A program made the position numbers and the translations under genes. The notes beneath the pieces were generated by a model that saw only the letters and a list, made by a program, of their open reading frames with translations, was not told the DNA's origin and ran no database searches. From Podarcis bocagei (lineage: Eukaryota), in NCBI GenBank assembly GCA_964188305.1, contig OZ076902.1: DNA of 64,000 bases; one strand, 5' to 3'. Positions within the stretch are counted from its first letter, which is position 1. Each line of letters starts with the position of its first letter. This document shows, piece after piece, positions 1-13,034 of the stretch.

Positions 1-2226
1 CCCTCCATATTCTATCACACTATTATGCTTTGAAGGAAAGTTCCTGGCTCACCTGGTTAGGAGATGTCGATGTTCTGGTCTTCTGATGTGCAGAGGTCGC
101 CTCTGTCCTGCCTTTTATTAGCAGCTTGCTGACAAAAGTCAACAGCCAGGGAGATAACATCAAGGAACTATCAGACTCCAGAATTGTTTGTACAAAGAGC
201 AGGGTGAGTTTGCCAAGCGGCAGATGAAGGGTTTCACAGTTTCAGCAATGTTTCCGGGAAAAGACTTCATTTTCAGACATGGGGCATCCCCTGCAAGCCT
301 GGCTTTCTAGTTGGGTGGGAAGTCAAGACTTTTTGCAACAGAAGGTGCAGAAGTGAAAGTTACTGGATGCCTTGCATTCCAGAGTCGCATATCACTGAAA
401 TTAAAATTGCACCTAGAAACCTCCAAAAGAATATCACTGGCCTCCTGCTATGTGTTCAGTTGCAGCCCTGTCTTTGGGGGAACTTTGTCAGACATGATAA
501 ACCAGAAGCTGACCCAAGTGTCTTCCTACACATGCTACTAAGAGGTTTAGGGTCTTTTGCTAGCCGGGGTGGTGCTGGAGGTGTAAACGACTCTCAGATT
601 CTGAAAGGCTGGTCTCACTAAATCAAGTTCATTAATTTTGTTGAATTAAACTTTCTTAGTGGGTTTTCCAAACCGCTAACTCTTTTTATAGAGTTAGGGT
701 AGGGGGCCACTTGGTATAAATCCATGCAGTGGGGTGGAAGCTCAGAAAAGCTTGGGACCTGCCGCTCTAAAACAGGATTGTGCAGAACTACTTAACCCCT
801 GCAGTCTTCCCTCTTTCACTAAAAGAAAATCCCCACGGCCAGAGGCTACAACTTCTCCAGAAGATTGAGGTGGCCTGGCACAATGGAGGGGCTCAAAAAA
901 ATACATGGAGTGGGGGAGGGCTGAAACTGCCTCAGCCCCTGGGGGTTGGTGCCTATGCCCACCAAGAACACCTAATCCAGAGACAGTTTTTCTTGGGGTG
1001 AGCCAGCAGCCACACTGTTTGAGTGCCAAGGAGCTAGCTGACAATGAGGTACAAATGGCCCAGGCATCCATCTATCTGTCCAGTAACTTATTCCAGTAGC
1101 TATATTGCAACTCTATTCAGCGTGAAACAGACCTGCAGCAGGCTGGGTTTGGGCGCAATGTTATCCCCTGCATTTCCTACTTCCATCACTTAGTGGCCTG
1201 TACTCTTTTATCTACAGCTTTACATTAAGTGTGGAAATGTAAGGGACCTGATATCCCAGAGCTTTCCAAACTCTGCCAGCTGTGTGCCAGTTGTGGTGTG
1301 TAACTGTGTCCCCGTACATTTTGTCATTGCAGTTTATGTATGCATCTGTATCTCTTACAAGGGGTTAGTTTAACCTCCAGTTGCTATTAAAACTGAATTG
1401 CTGTGTCGCAAAATTGATGCATGTCTAAAAAGTGTGTCGCCAACATGAAAAGTTTGGAGAGCTCTGCTATAGCCCCATGCGCACATTCAATGAACAACAC
1501 TGCTGTGGCAAAAAGGGGGGAAAGTCCTCTGCAGACATAAATGTGTTTGCATATTGTGCAACATGGAAACAGTGCCAGGATAATGAGGAAAATGAAATCC
1601 AAACAAAATAAAATCTTTGGTTAGGTTAGGAGAAAAAATATTTGCATATTGGATCACTAAAATATATATTACAGTGCTTTTCTGGGGGGGGGGGACCCAA
1701 GTCAAATACTCATTTATTTATTTAAAGATAGAATTCCTGATCAGATCCTGGTTCTAAGAAAGAAGAGTTCATAAATCAAAGTAATAAAGGGTGCAAAAAA
1801 CCCACAAAAAATACAACCCCTTTCTGGGTATGTTGATCAGTAGTTACTGAGAGCATTGGTGGTTGTGTAAAAAGCACGAAGTGAAAGGTTCACAAAAGCC
1901 AGCCTTGACTAGATTTTAATGAATAGGTTGTTCTGAGTGTCATGTGGTTTAATGGATTATGCAAAGAGCATCTGGTACATTTAAAATGTCACATGTGCAG
2001 GCAACTTCCCTTGCATGGGAGTCCTGAACTAATCATGAAGACTGCAGCCAAACTAAGCAGATGGATGTTTGCAGAGAGCCCTCTGCTGCGCTTTGAAGGC
2101 CCGACAACCAGCTGATGGGGCTTTCAAGTGCCTCGCAGGCCCTGCCCATCCATGGTACCTGCAACCCCTTTTGGACTCAGCTTCAATGTCACTTGCCAGA
2201 GTTGTTGTAAGCCAGTTAGGTGTATT

Positions 2227-2577
2227 GGGTGGCACTGTGATCTAAACCACTGAGCCTCTTGGGCTTGCTGATCAGAAGGTTGGTGGTTCGAATCGCACAA
2301 CAGGGTGAGCTCCTGTTGCTCCGTCCCAGCTCCTGCTTACCTAGCAGTTCAAAAGCACACTAGTGCAAGTAGATAAATAGGTACCGCTGCGGAGGGAAGG
2401 TAAACGGGGTTTCCGTGCGCTCTGGTTTCTGTCACAGCATTCTGTTGCACCAGAAGCGGTTTAGTCATGCTGGTCACATGACCTAGAAAGCTGTCTGTGG
2501 ATAAACGCCAGCTCCCTCGGACTGAAAGCGAGATGAGCGCTGCAACCCCATCGTCACCTTTGACTGGATTTAACTGA
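2227..2577 (+). mobile_element. Sauria SINE, near full length
   Basis: tRNA-like head (GGTTCGAATC) and Sauria body (GCAAGTAGATAAATAGGTACCGC); similar to the copies at 10.2 and 47.1 kb. Confidence 0.8.
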
Positions 2578-5222
2578 CTAGTACCTGGGAGACAAGGGTT
2601 CGAATGCCCACTTGACCATGAAGCTCAGTTGCTGCCTCTCAGCCTAACTTACCTCACAGGGTTGTTGCGGGGATTAAATCAGTATGGGGAGGAGAACCAT
2701 GTATGTCACCTTGAGCTCCTTGGTGAAAAGGGTGGGAAAGAAATGCCTATATACATTTGCATCTCCATGGGGTCCCTGTTAGGATATTTCCGTTCCACCT
2801 TAAAAAGGAGACAGGCTGTGGCTTCCTTTATTTTGAAAGCAGTGTGACCTTTGCTTGGGGTGGGGGGTAGGCAGATCAGGCCCCTAAACGGGGTGGTTAG
2901 CCAGCCCCATGTCAAGCCCAATAGCATTCAAAACTCTGGAACCAACAAGCTCCAGAGCTAGACAGAACCCCTTTTATGTACAAGTGTTCGTGGATAATAG
3001 ATCATAGATGGAAGAGTTCAGTGTTAGAAACTGAGATATGAAAGCTAGGAGCTAAATGGCACCTTAAGCCTAGGTTATGGGCACAACCACAGAATGTCTA
3101 GGTGCACTTTTTTATAACAAGAACGCAAAGATGAAAATGAACGAACTGCGGCTAAAATGTTATGTTCATTTTTCACATGGTCTAGTCATTCCCCTGCCCA
3201 CCCCCCTAGTATTCTTAAGAGGGTCTCTTCTCCAGTCTTCAGAAAGTAGTTGGAAGAGGGGAGGCAGAAAAAGGTCCTCCTTTCCTTCTATTCTGCAGTT
3301 TTAATCTGAAATCTTAGGCTCAGTACTGCACCCAGAGCCCAGAAACTGCTCGCGCCAATGAAATCCCCTGATGCAAAATGCACCTAGTACAATGGGAGTT
3401 TTGAACATTGGAAGAGTTTAAATAGTCCCCACCTGTGACAGCTCAGACCTCTTGGTGCCCTTCAACACCTCAGTTTTTCAAACATGGTGTTAAAAGAAGG
3501 CCAAGAGCTCTGTGTCTGAGAATACAAGGTATAGTTGTATTTGAAAAAACCTCCTTGGTTTTCCGAGAACTAGACTGATTCAGGCAGATGTTCAGGGACA
3601 CTATTAAAGCCTCCCCCCCTATTTTTTGCTGTACACACAGGTGTCACCGCTTGGAAATTGAGGTACATGCAGCACTGGTGGCAGAAGTGGGATCCGCAAT
3701 GTTGGCATCAAACTGCCAGCTGACACCTCCCCCCCCCCCCACTATTTTAATTTGTATTTACCCTTTCTAGGGGAAAGCCAGTCTGTTAAAAAACCAAACC
3801 AGTTGTCATCTGTTTGTAATATCTGATTTACTTGTTTGTAGTATTATGCTCCATCTTGGAAGCACCTAAATATCTTAATCAAAGAACAGAACAGCAGACA
3901 AGCAGGGCATTGTTGGTTTCAGAGTTTATCGTTCTGTCATTCCAGTTTTGAATTAAAGCTGTTTTATTTCAAATACAGGTATTATTATTATTATTATTTA
4001 AAAAAACAAAACAGAAAACCAAGAGACAGCATCATTCAGTTAAGGTAGCAAAACATTTTATACAGCTTTTCCATAAAAAGTGGTTTCTCTTGGACAGGGA
4101 ATAAATATGTAATTTTGGCATCTCTCGTTTCTGCGGAATTCAGGATTTTCCTAGCAGCAAGCACAGATTTGTTAAGGTTACGTGAACAAGGAGAGGTCAA
4201 TAAAATATTTCAAAACACACTCAAAACACAGTAAAAGGCACATGTCAGCGAAGACTAAGGTTTCGGGACATCCCCTATCCTCAAAGGAAACATTTTTTTA
4301 AAAATTGCTATTTCTCCCCACCTCTCCTCTTTCATGACTGGCAGAATTTCTGTCTGCTGCATGCATCTAAGGCACAGGAACTTTGCCAGGAATAAGGGTG
4401 GCAACCCTCAGGCACTTTTCCCTTGCACAGGAGGCTGAAATCCAACAGGTGATGCACCTGGTGAATTTCTGTCCATTGCATGCATCTAAAGGCACAGGAA
4501 TGGCAGCCCTCAGGCACAGTCTAGGAGCAGAAAAGAGCACCCAGATGAGTAATCTGAAGCCTCTTCAAGAACAAATAATATTAATTAAGCTTTCCCTCCC
4601 TACTTGCACTCTGCCCAGTACAACAGACCACCCCCTCCAAGGCAAACATATATGTGTTTTTAATGTTAATACAAAAAGAAGGTGGGGGACATTTAAATGT
4701 TAACCCACCAAAGCAGCAATGTCTATGAAAAGCTTTGTGAAAAACAGAAAGCAAGAACAATGACTAATATTGTAAACATAAACAGAACTGGTTTTTTTAA
4801 AAAAAGGGTGAGTGTGGCTGTCAAAAAGTAGAGCCCTTTTAGTCCAGTTGTTCCTGGGCCTCCCCCTCCTACTGAGACATTAACAGCGCAAAGCTCTGCA
4901 TGTTTACTCAGAAGTAAGGCCCACTGACCTCAGCTCCCTAGTAAACAGTGTAGGCACAATCAGGCACCAGCAAAGCACTCTCTCTCACACAAAACAACCA
5001 GAAGAGTTGTAGAGTTAGAAGGGACCCCAAGAGTTATATAGTCCTCCCCCATGCCATTTTTATTTTGAATTACGTAGTGGCAGCACCTTTTCAGTGCTCA
5101 GGGCCTCTAAAGGTCTCAATCTGGTGCTCCTCGTAAGGGCTGGAGCCTGTTTCGATCATTCCTTAATGCAGGGCTTCAGCTTGCAATATTCAAGCAAGTA
5201 GTAACTGGACATCTCTGGGAAG

Positions 5223-5491
5223 CAGGGGCGGAGGAAGGGGGTAAGGTGGGGGCGGTATGCTGGGCGGCATTCACCACGGAGCCGGCAGCATGCCCAAGCA
5301 ACGCATCTCTCCTAGGAGTGATGTGGTTGCTTGGGCACCTGCAGGCTCCGTGCTGCCCCAAATGGTCCGCCCGCTGCCTCTCCCCCAGCTGTAGGGCAGC
5401 TGAGTGGGAAGAGGCAGACAGACTCTGGAGGCCCCGCGGAGCGTCCTGCCCCGGCTCACCCCAGGCACCCGATTGGCTTGCTCTGCCGCTG
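5223..5491. mobile_element. GC-rich non-autonomous hAT-like element
   Basis: Imperfect TIRs CAGGGGCGGAGGAAG/CTTGCTCTGCCGCTG; TSD CTGGGAAG/CTGGGAAA. Confidence 0.65.
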
Positions 5492-8400
5492 CTGGGAAAG
5501 AGAGGTGACCAAGAGTAATCTGTTACTGGCCTTTTTTGTTTGCCATTGAACTTACAAGGGTTCAATGAACTTTCTTTCCGAGGTCCTAAAACCCAGAGGA
5601 GCGGGGTTGCGCTCTTATCTCTGTCTGATTTGGGTAGTTTGTTTTACAGAATAAAAGAGAAGGCCTCACTTATCACAATTAAGGAGTTGCTCTCTGCTTA
5701 TCACTCAAGGAGGCACAGAGAGTTCTAGAATGAGATCTCTTCCTCTGCCTGGCTTCTCTCCCAACCACAGAACTGCTCCACACCATTAGCAGTGGCATTG
5801 CTGTTAAGGCAACATAAGAGCATAACAAGAGCTTGCTGGATCAGGCCCATCTAGCCATAGAATCATAGAATTGTAGAGTTGGAAGGGACCCCAAGGATCA
5901 TCTAGTCCAGGCTCCTTCAGTGCAGTATCCTGTTCTCACAGTGGCCAACCAGATGCTTGTGGTGAAATTGGGAAGAAGGACCTGAACACAAAAGCAACTC
6001 TCTCTATTCCTGTGGCTTTCACCCCTGCCTGCTGCCATCCACAAAAACTGTGCTTGTTGAGTTTGCATGCTACCTACGGTAATTGTTAGTTAGCAGCAAA
6101 GTGGATAATGGAAGGCTTTGGACAATTTCTACCACTACCAGCCCAAAGCCACAAATGCTGATTCTGATCAATCTAGAAAATCCAGTTCACGGTCACTCAA
6201 GTTCAGCCTGCAAATGTCCATCGCCCAGGTTGGTTGAACTGGGTGTAATGCAAGGAACAAGCTAAGTGAAGACAGGGCCCCACTTTCCATATTGGATACC
6301 ACAACTATTTGCTCCAACGCTAGATCCTTCTTAAAAACACCTCCAGGAAACCGTATTAAAACTCCATCTCCATCATCAGGACCCTCATGCCTCTCAGCCA
6401 CCCCGGCTCTGATAATTAACAGTCAAACAATTAGCGCCATCAGCTAATGAGCCACTGGCCTTATCCAGGCTCCACCCTCTTCAAGAACACACTAAAAACA
6501 GCCTCAAACGCTCAAAAGTATATCACCCACTACATCCTTTGGACTTTCATTTTTCTGGGAACATCTGGACAGAATTTCCTATCAGGTTTGGGAATGTCCA
6601 GACACAATGTCCCACCAGGGTTGTGTTCCTTATAAGCTTGCTAGGACAGCTAAGGATCTGCAATTCTACATCCTCAGATTTGCAAGTCTGGGGTTTCCTT
6701 GGTTTGGATCTCATTCCTCGTACAAAATATGGGACATCTTGGGGTTTCTGTAGTGAAAGGAATGAGTTTGCAGAAACTAGTTTCCTTTAGTCGTCATCCT
6801 AGACCAGCCACAAGCTAAGCATTGTGGCCTTCAGATTCTGCTGGTCTTGGCAACATCTCCATCTTTCATCCCTACTGATGGGCAGCCTGGAAAGACAGGA
6901 ACGGAAGTGAGTCTTGGCCGCATCCAGCTACCCATCTTGCCTCATGAATCAGATCCACGTCAACGCCACTCAGCCAAATGTTTCCTCAACTTGCGCTTAA
7001 AGATCTCTAGCGATGGAGAGACCACAATACTTTGAGTTCAGCAGTCTCCAACCTTCTCAGACCCAGAACCCATCTTTAGCCCAGACATACATTGGGAGAC
7101 CCCACTTCTTAATTATTAGTATTTAAAAAATAATAATTGTATATTGCAGCTTTCCCCTCAATCTTCCGCCTGCTGACTGTTTTGGACTACAACTCCCATA
7201 AGCCCCTGCCAGCAACTGGTTATCACGATTGTGCTGCTGGTGCAACCCAACTAGGTCTGTAGGTCATCCCAACCCACTAGTTGCAAAACAGGCGTCTTAG
7301 ACAATGGTTTCCAAAGTGGATGGTACACCCCCTTTGTGGGGGGTGGGGTAGGGGGATTACTTGGGGGGGGGCTAAGAAACAAGCATGTGGCAGAGGGTGC
7401 TGGAGGTGTAAATGACTATCAGACTGTGAAAAGCTGGTCTCACTGGAAATGTTTAGTTCGGGTTGCCAGTTATTTTAATATGGGTATAACTGTAAACTGT
7501 TTACTATTGTTGCTATTATTGTTATTATTGGTTTCTATTGATTTATTGGTTTGTTTGTTGCCTGTATAGTATATTCTGTTTGATTATATATGCTGTAAGC
7601 CGCCCAGAATGGCTGGGCGGGATATAAATTAAATGATGATGATGATGATGATGATTTTGTTGTTGTTGTTGTTGATTCAAATGAACTACGTAAATAGTTT
7701 CAATAGGATTTTGAATAAATACGCAATTAATAGCTGCTGCTTTGATTTTTATTGTGTTATGATCTTCCTTCGTGGGCTGTGCAAACTGTTCTTCTGAAGG
7801 ATATTTTTAAGGGAGGGGGGCCCTCTGGGGATGAGTTTATAGAGCCAAGGGGGCATGGACCAAATATGTTTGGGAACCGCTGGCTTAATCCATCGCAGTT
7901 GTGCACCTTTATGGATCGTCCCAGCATCCAACCGTCTTTTGCAAGCTGAGCCCTTTCTTTGTCTAATCTTGTTTACAGGAGGCACAGAGAATTCTCATCC
8001 TGCTGTTGCTCTCCTTTCTTACAGCAAATGGATTTAGGCTGGGCCCTTCTTGCGTATCTCCTCTCTCTTGACAGGGCTTTCCCAGAGGAACTTCCCAATA
8101 ATTGGTTAACAATTAATGAGTGCAACTTGGGGTGGGGAGAGATGCCTTTCGGGTTTTCGTGCAATCCAAAAGAAAGGCACACACGCTTAGTTCTCTTGTG
8201 GGCGGTGCAATTCTCTTGCGCCAAGTGTGGAGAGAGTCCTCTCTTTCTGGGGTTTTGGCCCACAGAGGATGCCTCCACCCTCTTGTGTCACATGAGAATC
8301 ACAGGATCGTAGAATCGGAAGGGACCTTCTCATCTAGTCCGTGTCCCTGCAACGCAGGAGCCACAGCTGGAGAATCTGAGGCAGAATGCAAGAAGTTTGA

Positions 8401-9246
8401 GGAAAGTCGCTCAAGAAAACTGGGTTGGCGGTAGATGAATAAAAAGGAGGGCCTTCCTCGTACGATTCAGGATTAATGGACGGAATTTGTTGCCCTAAGG
8501 TGTGGTGATAGTGTGGGCGGTTTAAAAGGGGGTGAGAGAAATGGATGCAGAGCAGGTCTAGGCTCCATGTTCTGAGGAAGCCTCCCTCAGAATACAGGGT
8601 GCCTTCACCCTCTCCCTGGAGGTATCTGCTTGCCATCGTTGGAGACAAGAGTTATGTAAAAACATCAGAGGAGGCCTGGAGCTGGATCAGGTTGAAGGCC
8701 CATTCTAGCCCAGCATCCTGTCCTCAAAATGGCCGACCAGATACCCACAACAGGAAGCCCATGAGCAGTACTCTCAGTGCAACAGCAACTCTCCTGAGGA
8801 GAACATCTGAAGAGAAAGGACGTGGTGCCCAGATATTTAGAATTTAGCACCCCTGGAAGCAGAGCTGAATGGAAAGTGGAAATCAGGCTCTGTGTAGGAG
8901 AGAGAGCCAGCAATGGCCGTCCCGGCAGAAACCCAAGTTCACTTCTCTGCCATACTGTGGGGGGAGGCATTCAGTTGTGGGACTCCACGCTGCACACCCA
9001 CGAACAGTTGAGTCCCAACCAAATGTTTAAAGTGCTCAAACTTAGAAGGAACATTCAAAAGGGTCCCCCCCCCCCTTCTGACGCAGGCGCCACATTCCTC
9101 TGGAACACAGAACACTGAGGTATAAAGTGCGACAGTGGAGAAAACGCTCACCCCAGGGGCTCCCAAAGGAGTTGCCACCCGAGGGAGGTGGAACGAAGGT
9201 CCCTCAGAGAAACCAAAGCCACAGAGCACCGCCAGAGAGGGCTCCA

Positions 9247-9518
9247 TCACTGCTCCTTGGGCCGCTCCACCTCGGGGACGTTGCTCTGCAGAATCAGTGT
9301 CGTGCCGGAGGACCGGAGCAGGGCCATGGTGAAGGCAGCCACGAGTGTGAGGTTGCCCAGTAGGGCAGCTCCAAGGATGGCAAAAGTCTGGGTGAAGGTG
9401 GCCGCCGGGGCGTGAGCGCTCAGCCAGGCCCGGCGTGAATGCAAGTCCCATAAAACAGATTCCAGTTGGAAATGGGTGCCCACGACAGCGCAGATGTGGA
9501 AGAGCTGGTGGCTGTGTC
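9247..9518 (-). CDS. PAQR6: PAQR6 coding exon 7 (HSHQLFHICAVVGTHFQLE...EVERPKEQ*)
   Basis: cag| acceptor; TGA at 9249-9247; 272 nt. Confidence 0.95.
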
Positions 9519-9599
9519 CTGTGGCGGGAGGAAGGGAGGTGGGAGAGAGAAGAGATGGGGCGATAAGAGAAGCTCAAGAGAGAGAAAATGGTTGTAACC

Positions 9600-9663
<64 letters not shown>

Positions 9664-11605
9664 TTATTTATACCCTGCCCTTCCCAGCCAGAGCCGGGCT
9701 CAGGGCGGCTAACACCAATAAAATCATAATAGGGGAAAAAGAAAAAAATTAAAATGCAGGTTAAAATGCAGCCTCATTTTAAAAGAAGCCGGTAAATCAA
9801 GACCATAAGGGGAGAGAAACATAAGGGTCAGACTGAGTCCAAATCAAAGGTCAGGGGGAACAGCTCTGTCTTGCAGGCCCTGTGGAAAGATGTCAAGTCC
9901 CGCAGGCTCCTAGTCTCTTGTGACAGAGCGTTCCACCAAGTCGGGGCCAGTACTGAAAAGGCCCTGGCCCTAGTTGAGACCAATCTAACCACTTTACGAC
10001 CTGGGACCTTCAAAATGTTGTCATTTGTGGACCTTAAGGTCCTCCGTGGGGAGGAAGAAGAAGAGCCGGGGCTGGATAAAGCCAGTGGCCCACCCAGTCT
10101 GTTCTCACAGTGGCCAGCCAGATGCCTTTATCAGTCAAGCCCAAGAGCCCTCTCTCCTCCTGTGGTTTCTGGCAAGTGGTATTCCGAAGCATCTCCTGCT
10201 TCTGACTTTGGACTTGATTAAGGTAAAGGTAAAGGACCCCTGGACAGTTATGTCCAGTCAAAGGTGACTATGGGGTTGCGGCGTTCATCTCGCTTTCAGG
10301 CCGAGGGAGCCAGCGTTTGTCCACAGACCGCAGTGGTACCTATTTATCTATTTGCACTGGTGTGCTTTCGAACTGCTAGGTTGGCAGGAGCTGGGACAGA
10401 GCAACCCCATTGCAGGGATTCAATTATCTCCACCCCGGCCCACCCCATCCCCCCTTCTCTTACCAATGTAATCGAAGCGCCCAGGGGCCAGGCGCTCCGG
10501 CAGGTGGGAAGCGAAGAGGAAGCCAGTGAGGGCTGCGAAAATAAGGTGGTAGAAGTAACCAGGGACGGAGTCATTCCAGGCACAGTCTTCGCCAAAGCAG
10601 AACAAGAGCTGAAAGGTAAGGAAGTGTCATGAGTCAGCCAGGAAGGGTGGCCCTGGAGGGGAGGAACAGCGACTCCATGCCGAAGGGCGCAGCCACCTGC
10701 TTCCTGTGGCACCATGAGGAGAGGAAAGAAATGAAGGCAGGAATTTGCATCTGCATGGCACAGCAAGACTTGGGTGTGGGGAGGCTCACCCCAAAAACTA
10801 TCAGGACTAATCTGGATTATTGGTATGCAATTGCAAAGGTAGGGGAAACTGCACATTCAGTCCTTAGAAGCCAAAGTGAAAAAATATATGAAAGCAAGAA
10901 CAGCCCTGCAGGATTAGGCCAATGGCCCATCTAGTCCAGCATCCTGTTCTCACAGTGGCCAACCAGGGAACCCAGCAAACAGGAGCTGAGCATAAGAGCC
11001 ACACTCTCCCCTCCTGCGGTTCCAGCATCTGCTGTTCAGGTGCAGTGTTGCCTCTGACTGGGAGGGCAGAGCCTAGCCCTTGTGGTTAGCAGCCATTGAC
11101 AACCCTCTCCTAGCAGAGCCCCCCCCCCCCCGTGGCTACATTGCCCCCACCGTCATCCTACCCTGTAGAACAATGGAATGTTGTCGAAGAGGAAAGGGTA
11201 AGCGAAGGCTGTAGTCCTCAAGATCTTGCACAAAGAAGGACACTCCAGTTCCAGGAATCTAGACCAGGAGACCAAAGGGGGGGGGGGAGTTCCAATTAAA
11301 AGGTGGTGAAAACAGCCTATGAAGGAAAAAAGTCAGGGTAGGGTGGAGTAACAGTTCTGGCGTTTCCCTCACTGTGAAAAGCCAAGTTACAGGGAACCAG
11401 GCAGAGGGCCTTCTCGGTAGTGGCACCCACCCTGTGGAACACCCTCCCACCTGATGTCGAAGAGAAGAACAACTACCAGACTTTTAGAAGAGATCTGAAG
11501 GCAGCCCTGTTTAGGGAAGCTTTTAATGTTTAACAGACCTCTGTATTTTAATATTTTGTTGGAAGCCTCCCAGAGTGGCTGGGGAAACCCAGCCAGATGG
11601 CGGGG

Positions 11606-11656
<51 letters not shown>

Positions 11657-12982
11657 TATTATTATTATTATTATTATCAGTTTTGAATCTCTGGCTTGAA
11701 ACGGAGCATCTAGATTGGGCTTTTAAACAGCCCCCTGGCACTTCATCTACAACAACCTTGTAAGAGGGCAGCTGCCCAGTTGGCACTGGCCTCGTGATGG
11801 GGGACTTTTCAGTGGTAGTTCCCCCAGCGACGTAGCTAGCTGCTCGGGCGCCCCCCCCCCATGGGGTGGGGCAAACCAGGGCACAGCATGCTGTGCGGAG
11901 CCTCCACAGGACGCAAGTCCCATGCTGCTGTTTTGGTCAGTGTGGAGCCTGCAGGCGCCCAAGCCACTGTGCCCACCTGCCCCCCCCCCGTTACCCGTCT
12001 GAGTTCCCCAGGTGCGGAATGTCCTTCCCAGCACGATGTGTCTGTCTCCATCACTCAGTGTGGTGTAGTTGCTGGAGTGTTGGACCAGGATCTGGGAAAC
12101 CAGGGTTCGAATCCCCCACTCCGCTATAAAGTTAATTGAGTGGTCTTGGGACAGTCACTAACTCTCAGCCTAGCTTACCTCACAGGGTAGTTGTTGTGGA
12201 GATTAAATGAGAGGGAGAACCATGAAAGCCACCTTGAGCTCCGNNNNNNNNNNNNNNNNNNNNNNNNNNNNNNNNNNNNNNNNNNNNNNNNNNNNNNNNN
12301 NNNNNNNNNNNNNNNNNNNNNNNNNNNNNNNNNNNNNNNNNNNNNNNNNNNNNNNNNNNNNNNNNNNNNNNNNTAGGATCCAAAATGCAGCAGTCTGATT
12401 TGTCCTAGAACAATAGGATCCAAAATGCAACAGTCTGATTGGTCCTAGAACAATGCAGCAGTATGATTGGTCCTCAGGAGCCACCCAATCCAGCTCCAGG
12501 TGGAAGTGAACCCACAACCTGATTAGCCTACAGGAGAATCCCGGAATTAGCCAATCACATGCAGCCCATTGTGTAAATAATGTATATAAAGCAGATATTG
12601 TGGGGGAACTTCCATTCCTCCTCACCACTATGAGCTGAATAAAGAGCATGAAATCCACTCTCAACTCAGAGTATATTTCAATAAATAAATAACATTAAAA
12701 GCTTCTCAAAACAGGAATGCCTTCAGAAACAATGAATGTATAAATATAACTTGCAAGAGGAATTTGAAAACATTCCTGTTTGCCTTGACACTTTGTGGCT
12801 GAAAGATACTGCTCCTAGCAATCTCAAGATCAGCAGGCAGAAGGATGTTTTCAAATGTAATTGCTTGTAATGGTTTCATATTGTAATTTCTTTAAGAACA
12901 TCTTCATCTGTTTTAGAAAGCTTTGGCTTTGTTTTTTAAATTGTGTATCTGTTTGCTACCTGGGGCTCCTTGAGAGGTGTAA

Positions 12983-13034
<52 letters not shown>

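Noticed and set aside
50-1100. Exon-like segments near the window start (minus 53-128, plus donor near 204, plus acceptor near 776)
   Set aside because: The translations match no protein I recognise (not BGLAP, PMF1 or SLC25A44), so no gene call is supported
4340-4520. Imperfect direct repeat with about 120-bp spacing
   Set aside because: Simple local duplication with no functional signature
8939-9577. 212-aa minus-strand ORF
   Set aside because: Alternative frame across the last PAQR6 exon and UTR, with no recognisable homology
12374-12480. 40-bp direct repeats superficially resembling a CRISPR array
   Set aside because: No unique spacers, eukaryotic context, and explained as LTR U3 tandem repeats
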